Source: Chloroflexota bacterium (lineage in GTDB: Bacteria > Chloroflexota > Anaerolineae > B4-G1 > DUEL01). From it: a stretch of DNA of 64,000 bases. Below the pieces are notes generated by a model. That model searched no databases, was not told where the DNA came from, and worked only from the letters and a program-made list of their open reading frames with translations. This document shows, in pieces, positions 32,518 to 43,512 of the stretch. A program made the position numbers and the translations under genes. Location: the NCBI GenBank assembly GCA_014874475.1, contig JADBJJ010000023.1, positions 391,836 to 455,835 on the forward strand, given 5' to 3'. Each line of letters starts with the position of its first letter. Positions within the stretch are counted from its first letter, which is position 1.

Positions 32518-33312
32518 ATGGAAAATGTATTAACGACTTTGGGGTGTATGGTTACCGCTCTCATCCTTTTCCTCATCGTGATTGCCAGCGCCGCGATTAA
32601 AATCGTCCAGGAGTACGAGCGGGGCGTTATCTTCCGCCTGGGTCGGTTGGTCGGCGCCAAGGGGCCGGGCCTGTTCTTCATCATCCCTTTCATTGACCGG
32701 ATGGTCAAGGTGGACCTGCGGGTGGTGACGCTGGACGTCCCGGCGCAGGAGTGTATCACCCGGGATAACGTGACCGTCAAGGTGAATGCGGTGGTCTATT
32801 TCCGCGTGGTGGAGCCGACCAGCGCCATTGTCCAGGTGGAGGACTACAAGCGGGCCACCTGGCAGATTGCCCAGACCACACTGCGAAATGTCATTGGACA
32901 ATCGGAACTGGACGAACTGCTGGCCCATCGGGAACGGATCAACACCAAGTTGCAGCAGATCATTGACGAGCAGACCGAGCCCTGGGGGGTTAAGGTGAGC
33001 ATCGTGGAGATCAAAGATGTGGAACTCCCGGCCACCATGCAGCGGGCAATGGCCCGACAGGCGGAGGCTGAGCGGGAGAAGCGGGCGAAAATCATCCACG
33101 CCGAGGGCGAGTACCAGGCTGCCCAGACCCTGGCCCAGGCCGCCGAGACCATCGGACAGGTGCCCGCGGCCATCCAACTCCGTTATCTCCAGACGCTCAC
33201 CGAAATTGCCACGGAGAAGAATTCCACCATCATCTTCCCGGTGCCGGTGGAGTTCCTGCGCGGCCTGGCCGGTATCTTGGGTGTCAAACTGGAGGAGAGT
33301 CGGAAAGAGTAA
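32518..33312 (+). CDS. SPFH/stomatin (slipin) family membrane protein
   Basis: [11 protein letters not shown]...GPGLFFIIP...[17 protein letters not shown]...[10 protein letters not shown]. Confidence 0.95.
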   Translation: MENVLTTLGCMVTALILFLIVIASAAIKIVQEYERGVIFRLGRLVGAKGPGLFFIIPFIDRMVKVDLRVVTLDVPAQECITRDNVTVKVNAVVYFRVVEPTSAIVQVEDYKRATWQIAQTTLRNVIGQSELDELLAHRERINTKLQQIIDEQTEPWGVKVSIVEIKDVELPATMQRAMARQAEAEREKRAKIIHAEGEYQAAQTLAQAAETIGQVPAAIQLRYLQTLTEIATEKNSTIIFPVPVEFLRGLAGILGVKLEESRKE

Positions 33313-33316
33313 CCGG

Positions 33317-33991
33317 ATGCCCCTGGAAAAACTGAACCTGAAGGACGTAGGCCGTCGGCTGGACCGTCCCTTTGCGATGATAGATATGGCTCTCGTCGCC
33401 GATATCACGGTGAGCCTCTATCTTTGCCAGGGGACGCTGGCCTGGCACCGGCATCTGGACCAGGATGAACTCTTCTGGGTTCATCAGGGAGTCATTCTGC
33501 TGGAGACAGAGCGGGGGGAGGTGCGCCTGCGCCCCGGGGAGATGTCTATTGTCCGCAAAGGACTGGCCCACCGCTCCGGTTCTCCTTTCCCGTCCACTGT
33601 TCTCCTTTTCCGATGCAATGTGTTGCCAGAGCGCAAGAACGGGCGCCGCTTCCTCTACGGTACCAGCGAGAGTCCGCCGCAGCGGATCAGCCTGAACGCC
33701 GCAGTGGAGAGTTTGCAGGTACCGTTTCAGTCCAAGACGGTCGCTCACATAGAGGGTTCGGCTATCCAGGTCATGCGCGGGGAGGGGGATTGGCCGCTGA
33801 TGGAGCCATCTCCCCATGACGTGCTGTTGCTCTCCCTGGCGGGCACGGCGATGATTTACGAGGTCGGAGCCCGCCGGGGGGTTCCCTTGACCCTGGGCCC
33901 GGATGAATTGACCGTCCTAAATCGGGATACACCGTACCAGGTTTTCACTAAAGAAGAGACCGTCCTGGCGCGGCTGACGCGAGAGGCGTAA
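33317..33991 (+). CDS. tandem cupin-domain protein
   Basis: WHRHLDQDELFWVHQG...LRPGEMSIVRKGLAHRS cupin motifs, followed by a degenerate second copy; ATG at 33317. Confidence 0.8.
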   Translation: MPLEKLNLKDVGRRLDRPFAMIDMALVADITVSLYLCQGTLAWHRHLDQDELFWVHQGVILLETERGEVRLRPGEMSIVRKGLAHRSGSPFPSTVLLFRCNVLPERKNGRRFLYGTSESPPQRISLNAAVESLQVPFQSKTVAHIEGSAIQVMRGEGDWPLMEPSPHDVLLLSLAGTAMIYEVGARRGVPLTLGPDELTVLNRDTPYQVFTKEETVLARLTREA

Positions 33992-35692
33992 ATGGCTCAG
34001 GCACTTTATCGCAAATGGCGCCCTCAGACCTTTGACGAAGTCGTTGGGCAAGAGCACATCGTCCGAACTCTGCGCAACGCCCTTCTCTCCGGCCGCGTCC
34101 ACCATGCTTACCTCTTCACTGGCCCGCGCGGCACCGGCAAGACGACCACCGCGCGCCTGTTGGCGAAGGCAGTCAACTGCCTAGACCCGGAACTGGCCCG
34201 TCGGCCCTGCAATCAGTGTGCCATCTGCCGGGCCATTAACGAAGGGCGGCTGATGGACTTGATAGAGATTGACGCCGCCTCTAACACCAGCGTGGAAGAT
34301 GTCCGGGAACTGCGGGAGCGGGTGGGCTACCGCCCCTCCGAGGCCCGGTACAAGGTGTATATCATTGACGAAGTCCATATGCTCTCCACCGCCGCCTTTA
34401 ACGCACTCCTCAAGACGCTGGAGGAGCCTCCCGCCCATGCCCTTTTTGTCCTGGCGACCACCGAACCCCACCGCATCCCGGCGACAGTACTCTCCCGCTG
34501 CCAGCGGCTGGACTTCCGGCGGGTCCCGCTGGCGGACATAGTGGCCCGGCTCCGGCACCTGGCTCAGCAGGAGGGCATCCAGGCCGAGGAGGACGCGCTG
34601 AGCCTGATTGCCCGCTATGCCACCGGCAGTATGCGGGATGCGGAGAGTCTACTGGACCAACTGGCCGCCTATACTGACCGTGTGGTCACCGTGGAGGCGG
34701 TGCGGACGGCCCTCGGCACCGGCGACGAGGGCGCGGTACTGGCCCTCACCGACGCACTGGCGGCGCAGGATGTGGGTCGGGGGCTGGCCGTCATCCATGA
34801 GGCCGCCGACCGGGGCGCCGACCCCCGCCAGTTCGCCCGCCAGATGACCGATCACCTGCGCGCCTTGATGCTGATTCGCCTGGGTGCCCCCGTTCCCCTC
34901 TATATCCCCGAGAGCCTGCGCCCGGCGGTTCAGAACCAGGCAGCCCGCTTCACCCCTCGCCAGTTGGCCCGCGCCGTCCGCCTCTTCGGGCAGGCGGCAT
35001 CGGACGCACGGACTGCCTGGCAGCCGCAACTCCCGCTGGAACTGGCCTTCACAGAAGCGGCCTTGCCCGAGGAGGATACCCGCCCCACCAGCGCGGGCCA
35101 GCAGGAGCCATCGCCTCGCCGCGAACCGACGGCCCCGCCTCCGGCCCCCTCACCGGCCCGGACGGTGGGCCGTCCTGCTGCCCCCTCAGGCCGCCCGTCC
35201 CCTGGCGCGTCTTCCACCCCGACCTCGACGGCCCCACCGGTCCACGAACAGCCCCTTCCAGAGCCAATAGCGGACTTCTCTCTGGAGGAAGTGACCCAGC
35301 GGTGGAACGATATGCTTCGCCTTCTCCGCTCCGTCAACCACTCCCTGGAGGCATTGATGCGGGACGGGAAGCCGTTAAAGGTAGAGGGAGACATATTGCT
35401 GATCGGATTCCCTTACCCCTTCCATAGGGACAAAGTGGGCGAGGAGCCCAACCGGCGCGCGGTGGAGGACGCGCTGACCCAACTAATAGGCCAACCGGTG
35501 CGGGTGCGCTGCGTGTTGCTGGCCGGTTCCGGTGGAAAATCCCCGGCGCGCCCGACTCCGACTCGTGCCCCGAACCCTCAACCCCGGACATCTCCATTGG
35601 CCTCCCCGTCTCCTCCGTCCTCGCCCACTTCGGATGATGGACTGGTGCGGGCGGCGGTGGAGAAACTGGGAGCGCGAGTCAAAACAAACTGA
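33992..35692 (+). CDS. dnaX: DNA polymerase III subunit gamma/tau
   Basis: ALYRKWRPQTFDEVVGQ, GPRGTGKTT, EIDAASN, IIDEVHML, SRCQ; Pro-rich linkers. Confidence 0.98.
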   Translation: MAQALYRKWRPQTFDEVVGQEHIVRTLRNALLSGRVHHAYLFTGPRGTGKTTTARLLAKAVNCLDPELARRPCNQCAICRAINEGRLMDLIEIDAASNTSVEDVRELRERVGYRPSEARYKVYIIDEVHMLSTAAFNALLKTLEEPPAHALFVLATTEPHRIPATVLSRCQRLDFRRVPLADIVARLRHLAQQEGIQAEEDALSLIARYATGSMRDAESLLDQLAAYTDRVVTVEAVRTALGTGDEGAVLALTDALAAQDVGRGLAVIHEAADRGADPRQFARQMTDHLRALMLIRLGAPVPLYIPESLRPAVQNQAARFTPRQLARAVRLFGQAASDARTAWQPQLPLELAFTEAALPEEDTRPTSAGQQEPSPRREPTAPPPAPSPARTVGRPAAPSGRPSPGASSTPTSTAPPVHEQPLPEPIADFSLEEVTQRWNDMLRLLRSVNHSLEALMRDGKPLKVEGDILLIGFPYPFHRDKVGEEPNRRAVEDALTQLIGQPVRVRCVLLAGSGGKSPARPTPTRAPNPQPRTSPLASPSPPSSPTSDDGLVRAAVEKLGARVKTN

Positions 35693-36076
35693 ATCTTGCC
35701 GGATGGTCGGTCGCTATTGGAGAGATGTGACCGTTCTCCGGACCCCGTATCCGAAGAATTTATGAACAACGCCCAGGATGGTGTACCGGTCCCTGTGACA
35801 TGAACAGTACCTCGCAGCCCAGCCCGGGCCCCCCCAGCCTCTGTTGCTATCCCCTCATCTTCCCATCCGACTGCTGGGCGCGCCGAATTGTCGGGACGAC
35901 TGTTGGGGCGGGATGCCGGGCCCGCTGGGCGGAGAATGGACGCTGAAAGATGTACGGGGATACATCACCGCCGGGCAACCGCCTTGGGTGGAGCGCGGGA
36001 TGACCTGGACGCACGGAGGCAGTTTTTCCCATCGCCTTCCGGTTTTCAAGCATTCCCTGAGTATTAGGAGGAAATC

Positions 36077-37105
36077 ATGAAAGCCGCCGTCTTTCGGGGA
36101 ATTGGACAGATAGAGGTGACGGATGTCCCGATGCCGGAGCCGGAGCCGGGGGAGGTGCTGATCAAGGTCGCCTACAGCGGCATCTGTGGCACCGACATAG
36201 AAGCGTTCCAGATCGGGATGTACGAGCCCGGCCTGGTTATCGGCCACGAATTCGCTGGGACAATTGTGGAGACGGGGCCCGGCGTGGCCGGCTGGCGGGC
36301 GGGTGACCGGGTCGTTGTCGGCGACCTGATTCCCTGCGGGCAGTGTCGGGCCTGCCGGACCGGGAACCTGGGCGCCTGTGAGAACATCTACATGATTGGC
36401 GTCACCCACGATGGCGGGATGGCGGAGTACGTGAGGGCACCGGCGATCGGGCTGTATCGCTTGCCGGAGGGGGTGAGTATGCGGCAGGGGGCGCTGGTGG
36501 AGCCGCTCACGGTGGCCCTTCATGGCGTCCGCCGGTCTCGCCTCAAGCCGGGGGACCGGGCCGTGGTGATGGGAGCCGGTCCTATCGGATTGCTCACTTT
36601 GCAGTGCGTGCGCCTGGCGGGCGCGCGCTCCGTCATCGTCACTGAAGTGGATCCCACCCGCGCCGCGCTGGCGGCTCGCCTGGGCGCGACGGTCGTCCTG
36701 AACCCGCTGGAGGATAACATCGGCGTCTCCTTATCCGAACTGACGGATGGGCTGGGACCAGACGTCATTTTTATCTGTACCGGCGCGCCGGAACCGTTTG
36801 CTGATGCGATCTCTCTGGTCCGCAAGGGCGGGCAGATTTTCCTGCTGGGACTGCCCATCCAGCCCGTGGAGGCGGACTTCTTCAGTGTGGTGATGGGAGA
36901 ACTCTCTATTGAGGGCAGTCTGGCGGGGTGGACGGAGTTCTCGGCCGCGATAGACCTCATTGCCCAGGGCCGAGTGGATTTGGATGCGCTGGTCAGCCAC
37001 GAGATTCCGCTGGATGAGGGGGTCGTGGAGTGGTTCGGTCGCCTGGGCGCCCCCGGCTCTGGCGCAGTGAAGGTGCTGGTGCGGATAGACGACTCGGTAT
37101 TTTAG
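36077..37105 (+). CDS. Zn-dependent medium-chain alcohol/polyol dehydrogenase
   Basis: GICGTD, GHEFAG, CGQCRACRTG...C, GAGPIG. Confidence 0.93.
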   Translation: MKAAVFRGIGQIEVTDVPMPEPEPGEVLIKVAYSGICGTDIEAFQIGMYEPGLVIGHEFAGTIVETGPGVAGWRAGDRVVVGDLIPCGQCRACRTGNLGACENIYMIGVTHDGGMAEYVRAPAIGLYRLPEGVSMRQGALVEPLTVALHGVRRSRLKPGDRAVVMGAGPIGLLTLQCVRLAGARSVIVTEVDPTRAALAARLGATVVLNPLEDNIGVSLSELTDGLGPDVIFICTGAPEPFADAISLVRKGGQIFLLGLPIQPVEADFFSVVMGELSIEGSLAGWTEFSAAIDLIAQGRVDLDALVSHEIPLDEGVVEWFGRLGAPGSGAVKVLVRIDDSVF

Positions 37106-37160
37106 CGCGGCAGTAAAGCCGCCATAACCGAAAGCCTTTATCTAAATAAGGAGGCTCACC

Positions 37161-37592
37161 ATGAAACTTGCGTCTCTGGAATACCTGGAGGAAGTCCGAC
37201 GGCGCTCCAACGCCGACCCACAGTACCTGGAACTGGCGAAGGGCCATAACGCGTCCTATACGCTGGTTCTGGAGGCCGAACCCGCGAAGGGTGTCAACGA
37301 GACCACTGTCATCGGCTTCACTAACGTGGATGGGAAAATTGACGAGGTCTGGGTGGGAAAGCGCCCTACCGATTTCATCCTCACCGCCCCCTATGGTGCC
37401 TGGGTGGACATCCTGCGGGGGAAAATGGGCGCCACCCAGGCCATTGCGTCCCGCAAACTGAAGACGCAGGGCTCCTTTATGCAACTCCTGCAGGGCGCTA
37501 ACCGCATCATCCGTTGGGTGGAAATTCTACGCACCATCCCCACCGAGTTTGAAGGGGACTACGCCCAATACAACCTGCCGGGGACGCCATAG
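37161..37592 (+). CDS. SCP2 sterol-binding domain protein
   Basis: DFILTAPYGAWVDILRGKM...AIASRKLKTQG SCP2-like pattern; AGGAGG RBS. Confidence 0.7.
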   Translation: MKLASLEYLEEVRRRSNADPQYLELAKGHNASYTLVLEAEPAKGVNETTVIGFTNVDGKIDEVWVGKRPTDFILTAPYGAWVDILRGKMGATQAIASRKLKTQGSFMQLLQGANRIIRWVEILRTIPTEFEGDYAQYNLPGTP

Positions 37593-37665
37593 CGCCGGTC
37601 ATTCGGTCGTTGATCCATTAGACAGTCTCTGCATTCTCCGCAATTCGTCCACAACAGGAGGCGCC

Positions 37666-40290
37666 ATGGGCACATCACCGCTGCGCGGCAAGGGCATCTG
37701 GGCTTGGCGTCGGTCGGGCGACGAACTGGGCCGGGCCATTCAGATGGCTCAGCAGACCGGTGGAACTCACATCCTCTATAAAGTGGGGCAAGGGAAAACG
37801 TACTATGGGGATTCGGCCCCATCTGCCCGCCGCATCGCCAACGCCGGATTGATTCCCTTCGCCTGGACCTGGCTCACCCTGGATGACCCGGAGCAGGAGG
37901 CTCAGGTCGTCTTGAACGCCTTCTCGGACGGCTACCAGGGCTTCGTCTTTGACGTAGAAGGCCCCTGCAGCCGGAAATTTGAGGCGGCGCGAAGGCTGGT
38001 CCGCGCCCTCAAGAGACCCGACGTCAACCCCGAGATGCTCTTCCTTTGCTCCTTTCCCAACATCTCTGCTCACACGGACCTCCCATATACAGAGATGCTG
38101 GAAATCTGTAAGGGCGGCCTGATGCCGATGGCCTACGGTTCTTTCTTCGCCCCAGGCGACCCCACCCCCTGGGATGTCCAGGCCCGCCGGGTGATAGATG
38201 AATGGACTTACGGCCATTACGAAGAATGGTGCCTCAAATGGGGCTTCCGCCCGCCTCTGTATCCCATCCTGGGCCCTTACCACGACGAGTATGGCAGCGT
38301 TCCTATGTCCCCGGAGGAGTTCCGGGTCTGGCTGAACCGATTGGCGGTCTACGGTCCGACCTTCGTAAGTTTTTTCACTGCCCGCGCCATCCCCGACGCG
38401 CTGGTCCCGCTGATCCGGGACTTCGCTCTGGCGGAGGCGCCGGGGGAGATACCCGTCCCCGCCTCCGCGTGGGTGGCTCCGCTGGAGGGGGCGGTTCTGT
38501 ATGCCCGGCCAGACTTTGCGGCTCAGCGGACGCGCGCCCTCATTTACCGGAGCACCGTTGAGGGAGTGACTTGGCGTCGTGGGAGCGATGGCCGCCGCTG
38601 GCTCCAGGTCCGCACTGCCGATGGTGCGTTGGGTTGGCTCCCCGAGCGACGGGCCGATGGCTCCCCCTCCTTTGCTCTCACCGACCCCGGCGCGCCCCCG
38701 ACACTCCCGGCCCCGCCCCCTGCCCCGCCAGACCATCTGACCTATGTCTGGACGACCCAGGAGGTGAACTTCCGCAGCCAGCCCGTTGTGCGCCCGGATA
38801 CCCTCATCGGGCGGCTCTATCCTGGCGCGCGCTTGAAAGTCGTAGAGGACCCTGTGCTGGCCCGACGGAAACTGGGCACTTATCAGTGGCTCCGCGTCCG
38901 GTTGGAGCCTGAGGGGCCGGAGGGCTGGCTGGCTGCCTGGTATGTTACCGACCGCTCACCGGTGGCAGAAGCCCCGCCATCGGTGAACTACCTGCGCGTC
39001 CAAAGCCCCCAGGTCGGCTACTTGAACATCCGGCAGGGTCCGGGGACAAATACTCCCACTGTCTGGCAGGTCCCTGATGGCACGGTTCTGGAGATTCGGG
39101 AGGACCCCCAGCAAGCCCTGGCGAAAGTCGGGCAGGAAGGGCAGTGGATTCAGGTGCGCACGCCCAGCCTGCACGAAGGCTATGCGGCCGCCTGGTACCT
39201 CGTCGCTGACGTCCCGCCCGATAACCGCCGTCCGGTAGAGGATGCCCCTCTTCCCTTCGGCGAATGCGCCTGGATTTTCGGCATCCACGGCGCTGGCGCC
39301 GACGAGACGGAGGACTTCCGCCATCTGTTTCAGGGGACGGGGCGGCGGGGATGGGTGCTCTTCACTGAATCCATCGGCCGTCATCCCGAGAATCTGCGGC
39401 CCAATGAAGCCCTGCGGCAGAAACTCTGGGACTGGGCCCGCAGCGGCTTCGGCGTGGTCATCCGCCTCAATTACGGTTATGAGCCGGCGGGAACTCTGCC
39501 CGAATCCCAGTACTATGGGGACTTTGCGGCCACCTGCAGGCGCTGGGTGGAACTCTACCTGAAGCGCCCAGAGGTCCCCCCGTCTCACTATACCTGGGTC
39601 ATTACCGTCGGGAATGAGCAGAACAACGTTCGGGAGCACCCCGGCGGGCTGATGGACCCCCGGGAACACATCACGCCCCAACTCTATGCTCGCGCCTTCA
39701 ATTTAGTCTATCGGGCCATCAAGGAGGTCCTGCCCAATGCGACGGTGGTGCCCGGGGCGGTGGACCCGTACAACACCACCCCCTGGGTCCGGCTCGGCGG
39801 CATCCGCTACCGCCCGCTGACGTACTTTAAAGAGATGCTGGACGGGATTGTGGCACTGGACGGTTTTGCGCTCCACACCTACACTCATGGCCCGGTGGTA
39901 GAGTACATCACCCATCTGCGGCCGTTCACCGACTGGCCCCTGGTCCCCGGTACGGAGCACGAGCATTACTACGACTTCCAGGCTTACCGCCCGTTCATTG
40001 AGGCCATCCCCGCAAAGTGGTGGGATAAGCCCGTCTACATCACCGAGACCAACCACTGGACGGTGAACCCGGATGGCACGGGGCCGAACGGGTGGATCAA
40101 CCGCAACATCGGCTGGGTGCAGGCGGCCTATGCAGAGATTCACCGCTGGAACAGCACCCCCCACGCCCAGCAGATTCACTGCCTGCTCCTCTACCGCTGG
40201 CAGGGAGACGAGTGGGAGATTCGGACCAAAGACCAGATTCAGGAGGACTTCCGCCAGTCTCTGCAGAACGATTACCGCTGGAGGAAATGA
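37666..40290 (+). CDS. multi-domain putative glycan hydrolase: GH-like barrel, three SH3b domains, clan GH-A-like domain
   Basis: SH3b repeats (VNFRSQP/LNIRQGPG...WLRVR...GWLAAWYV); N-terminal GKGIW...FDVE...PMAY; C-terminal VGNEQN...HTYTH...YITETN; ATG at 37666 after AGGAGG. Confidence 0.8.
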   Translation: MGTSPLRGKGIWAWRRSGDELGRAIQMAQQTGGTHILYKVGQGKTYYGDSAPSARRIANAGLIPFAWTWLTLDDPEQEAQVVLNAFSDGYQGFVFDVEGPCSRKFEAARRLVRALKRPDVNPEMLFLCSFPNISAHTDLPYTEMLEICKGGLMPMAYGSFFAPGDPTPWDVQARRVIDEWTYGHYEEWCLKWGFRPPLYPILGPYHDEYGSVPMSPEEFRVWLNRLAVYGPTFVSFFTARAIPDALVPLIRDFALAEAPGEIPVPASAWVAPLEGAVLYARPDFAAQRTRALIYRSTVEGVTWRRGSDGRRWLQVRTADGALGWLPERRADGSPSFALTDPGAPPTLPAPPPAPPDHLTYVWTTQEVNFRSQPVVRPDTLIGRLYPGARLKVVEDPVLARRKLGTYQWLRVRLEPEGPEGWLAAWYVTDRSPVAEAPPSVNYLRVQSPQVGYLNIRQGPGTNTPTVWQVPDGTVLEIREDPQQALAKVGQEGQWIQVRTPSLHEGYAAAWYLVADVPPDNRRPVEDAPLPFGECAWIFGIHGAGADETEDFRHLFQGTGRRGWVLFTESIGRHPENLRPNEALRQKLWDWARSGFGVVIRLNYGYEPAGTLPESQYYGDFAATCRRWVELYLKRPEVPPSHYTWVITVGNEQNNVREHPGGLMDPREHITPQLYARAFNLVYRAIKEVLPNATVVPGAVDPYNTTPWVRLGGIRYRPLTYFKEMLDGIVALDGFALHTYTHGPVVEYITHLRPFTDWPLVPGTEHEHYYDFQAYRPFIEAIPAKWWDKPVYITETNHWTVNPDGTGPNGWINRNIGWVQAAYAEIHRWNSTPHAQQIHCLLLYRWQGDEWEIRTKDQIQEDFRQSLQNDYRWRK

Positions 40291-40869
40291 GCAGCGCAGG
40301 CGTTTGCGGCTGGGTAAGTTAACCCGGCGGTCGCTTTTCACCGTGGGGATGGGCATTCTCTCATTCTCTCTTCCCTCCTTGCTGGGGAAGAAGAGGAGGA
40401 TGGGGGGGCAGTTGTACACATACACCCAATGGGCACTGAGGCCAGGAACTGCGTCACATCCTGCACCTTCAGCGCCAGCCGGCGCCGTCCCAACCCCGTC
40501 TCCCGACGGGCAGCCAGCACGATCTGCTCTATCTCGGCAGGGATCTGGCGCGGCGAACGCTGGGGACGCCGGGAGCGGTCCTTTAGCCCCGCCCCCTTCC
40601 GCCTGGTAGCGGGACACCCCCTTGCGCACCACCTGCCGCCAGGTGCGCCACAGGCGGGCAGTAGCGCGGATGCTGCCCAGCCGTTGGTAGGTCAGCACGA
40701 TCTGCTTTCTTGCCTCCATTGGGTTTATGGCGTGTACTTCCCAGTGAGCCCGTTCAGCCATCGGCGGTGCTCCTCTTGTGAATTCTTCTCCAATTCCTGT
40801 ATAAGGGGAGCGCCGCCTTTTGTCCAGATCGTCTCCAGCACTTGGTAACGATCTCCTGGCGCAAGCGCA
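40291..40869 (-). mobile_element. decayed, internally deleted insertion sequence (HTH transposase fragment, IS481-like)
   Basis: From ATG 40761: ARKQIVLTYQRLGSIRATARLWRTWRQVVRK..RYQAEG, frameshift, GLKDRSRRPQRSPRQIPAEIEQIVLAARRETGLGRRRLA, then a jump to a C-terminal WVYVYN remnant; no DDE core; element boundaries approximate. Confidence 0.72.
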
Positions 40870-40874
40870 GCCGC

Positions 40875-40903
40875 TTGCCGCATCCGCGCTTTTGTGGTAC
40901 AAT
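40875..40903 (+). promoter_or_regulatory. rpsB promoter
   Basis: TTGCCG-N17-TACAAT with an extended -10 TG. Confidence 0.7.
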
Positions 40904-40924
40904 CAGCCCCGGCTTGCAAGCCGA

Positions 40925-41008
40925 AATCGCACGCCTTCGGACTGTCCGGGCTGTGCCGGAGTGGCCACCCGGTCCCCGGACAGGGAGAAGAGGGCGGAGG
41001 AACTAACA
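40925..41008 (+). ncRNA. rpsB 5' leader (t44/S2 autoregulatory RNA-like)
   Basis: AATCGCACGCC...CTGTCCGGG...CCCGGACAG...GGGCGGAGG..TAAC nested stems between the promoter and rpsB. Confidence 0.55.
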
Positions 41009-41027
41009 GAAAAAGGAGGTAAACGTT

Positions 41028-41963
41028 ATGGCCGTCACAACCATGCGCACGCTGCTGGAAACCGGCGTGCATTTCGGACACCGCACCCGGCGCTGGAACC
41101 CGAAGATGCGTCCCTACATCTTCACCGAGCGCAATGGGGTGCACATTATTGACCTTCAAAAAACGCTCACCGCCCTGGAGCAGGCCGTCAGGGTCGTCCG
41201 GGAGACAGTCGCTAACGGGGGAACCATCCTCTTCGTTGGCACCAAACAGCAGGCCCAGGAGGTCATCGCTCACGAAGCCCAGCGGTGCAGCATGCCCTAT
41301 GTCAACCAGCGCTGGCTGGGCGGTACCCTCACCAACTGGCGCACCATCCGCCGCCGGATTGACTACCTGATAGACCTGGAGGAGCGTCAGGCCCGGGGAG
41401 AGTTTGAGCAGTTGACCAAACTGGAAGCCCTGAAACTCCAGCGGGAAATCGCGCGGCTCAATGCCCGTCTGGGTGGCATCAAACAGATGCACCAACTCCC
41501 CAACCTCCTCTACGTCGTAGACGTACACCGGGAAGCGACAGCCGTAAAAGAAGCGAATATTATGGACATCCCGGTCATCGCCATCGTAGATACCAACTGC
41601 GACCCTGACCCCGTAGACTACGTCATCCCGGGCAACGATGATGCGATCCGCGCCATCCGGCTGATTACGGGCCTTATGGCCGACGCCGTTATGGAAGGGC
41701 TGGCCCTGCGCAAGGAACTGGCCCCTGAGGCGGAGATTTTCGAGGAAACGGAACGGTATCTCAGCGCAGCCACCCTCGCCCGCATCCGTGAAGGGCGCTT
41801 TGATGAAGAGGAATGGCCGCCGGAGGAGGGCGAAGAGTACGAGGCCCTGGAGCCGGAGGAAGAGTATCTGGCAAAAGGCGAAGAAGAGTTTGAGTACGAA
41901 GAAGCGTTTGAGGAAGAATACGAAGAGGAGTACGAAGCCGAAGAGGATGCTGAAGAGGATTAA
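41028..41963 (+). CDS. rpsB: 30S ribosomal protein S2 with a long acidic C-terminal tail
   Basis: [43 protein letters not shown]. Confidence 0.99.
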   Translation: MAVTTMRTLLETGVHFGHRTRRWNPKMRPYIFTERNGVHIIDLQKTLTALEQAVRVVRETVANGGTILFVGTKQQAQEVIAHEAQRCSMPYVNQRWLGGTLTNWRTIRRRIDYLIDLEERQARGEFEQLTKLEALKLQREIARLNARLGGIKQMHQLPNLLYVVDVHREATAVKEANIMDIPVIAIVDTNCDPDPVDYVIPGNDDAIRAIRLITGLMADAVMEGLALRKELAPEAEIFEETERYLSAATLARIREGRFDEEEWPPEEGEEYEALEPEEEYLAKGEEEFEYEEAFEEEYEEEYEAEEDAEED

Positions 41964-42065
41964 CGCAGCCCTCTCTGTCCGCTGCTCACCCAACCCGACC
42001 ATCGTTCCAGCAGGATGAGCCGCGGCACAGGCGGGTCGACTTCACTCTATGACAGGAGGTCAACG

Positions 42066-42665
42066 TTGGAAATCACAGCGGCAATGGTTAAGGAACTGCG
42101 CGAGGCCACTGGCGCAGGAGTATTGGATTGTCGCAAGGCTCTGGAAATGACCGGCGGCGATTTTGATGCCGCCGTTGCGTACCTGCGGGAGAAGGGACTG
42201 GCCGAGGCAGCCAAGAAAGTGGATCGGACCGCCCGCGAGGGCATCATTGAGGCTTATGTCCATCATGGCAGTCGGGTGGGCGTCATCCTGGAACTGAATT
42301 GCGAGACCGATTTCGTCGCCCGCACAGAAGAGTTCCGCACCCTGGCCCATAATCTGGCTCTCCACATCGCCTTCGCCAACCCCCGCTATCTCTCCCGCGA
42401 GCAGGTCCCTGCTGATGTGGCAGAAGAGGAGGGGCGCATCTACCGCACCCAGGCTCTGGAAGAGGGTAAGCCTGAGAGCGTCGTAGACCGCATCGTCCTG
42501 GGGAAATTGGAGAAGTTCTACCAGTCCGTATGCCTGCTGGAGCAACCGTTTATCAAGGACGAAGACCGGACGGTAGAGCAGGTCATCAAAGAGTATACCG
42601 CCCTGTTGGGCGAGAACATCGTCGTACGCCGATTTGCTCGCTACGAACTGGGGGAGAGTATATAA
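42066..42665 (+). CDS. tsf: elongation factor Ts (short form)
   Basis: TTG start after [45 protein letters not shown]. Confidence 0.98.
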   Translation: MEITAAMVKELREATGAGVLDCRKALEMTGGDFDAAVAYLREKGLAEAAKKVDRTAREGIIEAYVHHGSRVGVILELNCETDFVARTEEFRTLAHNLALHIAFANPRYLSREQVPADVAEEEGRIYRTQALEEGKPESVVDRIVLGKLEKFYQSVCLLEQPFIKDEDRTVEQVIKEYTALLGENIVVRRFARYELGESI

Positions 42666-42671
42666 TCACCG

Positions 42672-43442
<771 letters not shown>

Positions 43443-43512
43443 GAAGAATCATCAAAAGACTCAGCCCATCGCTGATGTTTCCGATGCTCTCATTCTTTCC
43501 CAGGAGGAGGGC

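Noticed and set aside
35060..35640. Programmed frameshift or slippage site in dnaX
   Set aside because: No A-AAA-AAG or long A/T run was seen; only Pro-rich linkers, which are common in DnaX.
35693..36076. 384-bp dnaX-dehydrogenase spacer as a possible SRP/6S RNA, riboswitch or 78-aa ORF
   Set aside because: No diagnostic motif recognised, and the ORF lacks convincing features. An Rfam scan would settle it.
39703..40902. 399-aa minus-strand ORF as an intact transposase
   Set aside because: It is a chimera of IS fragments and antisense read-through into the SH3 protein gene, with no DDE catalytic core.
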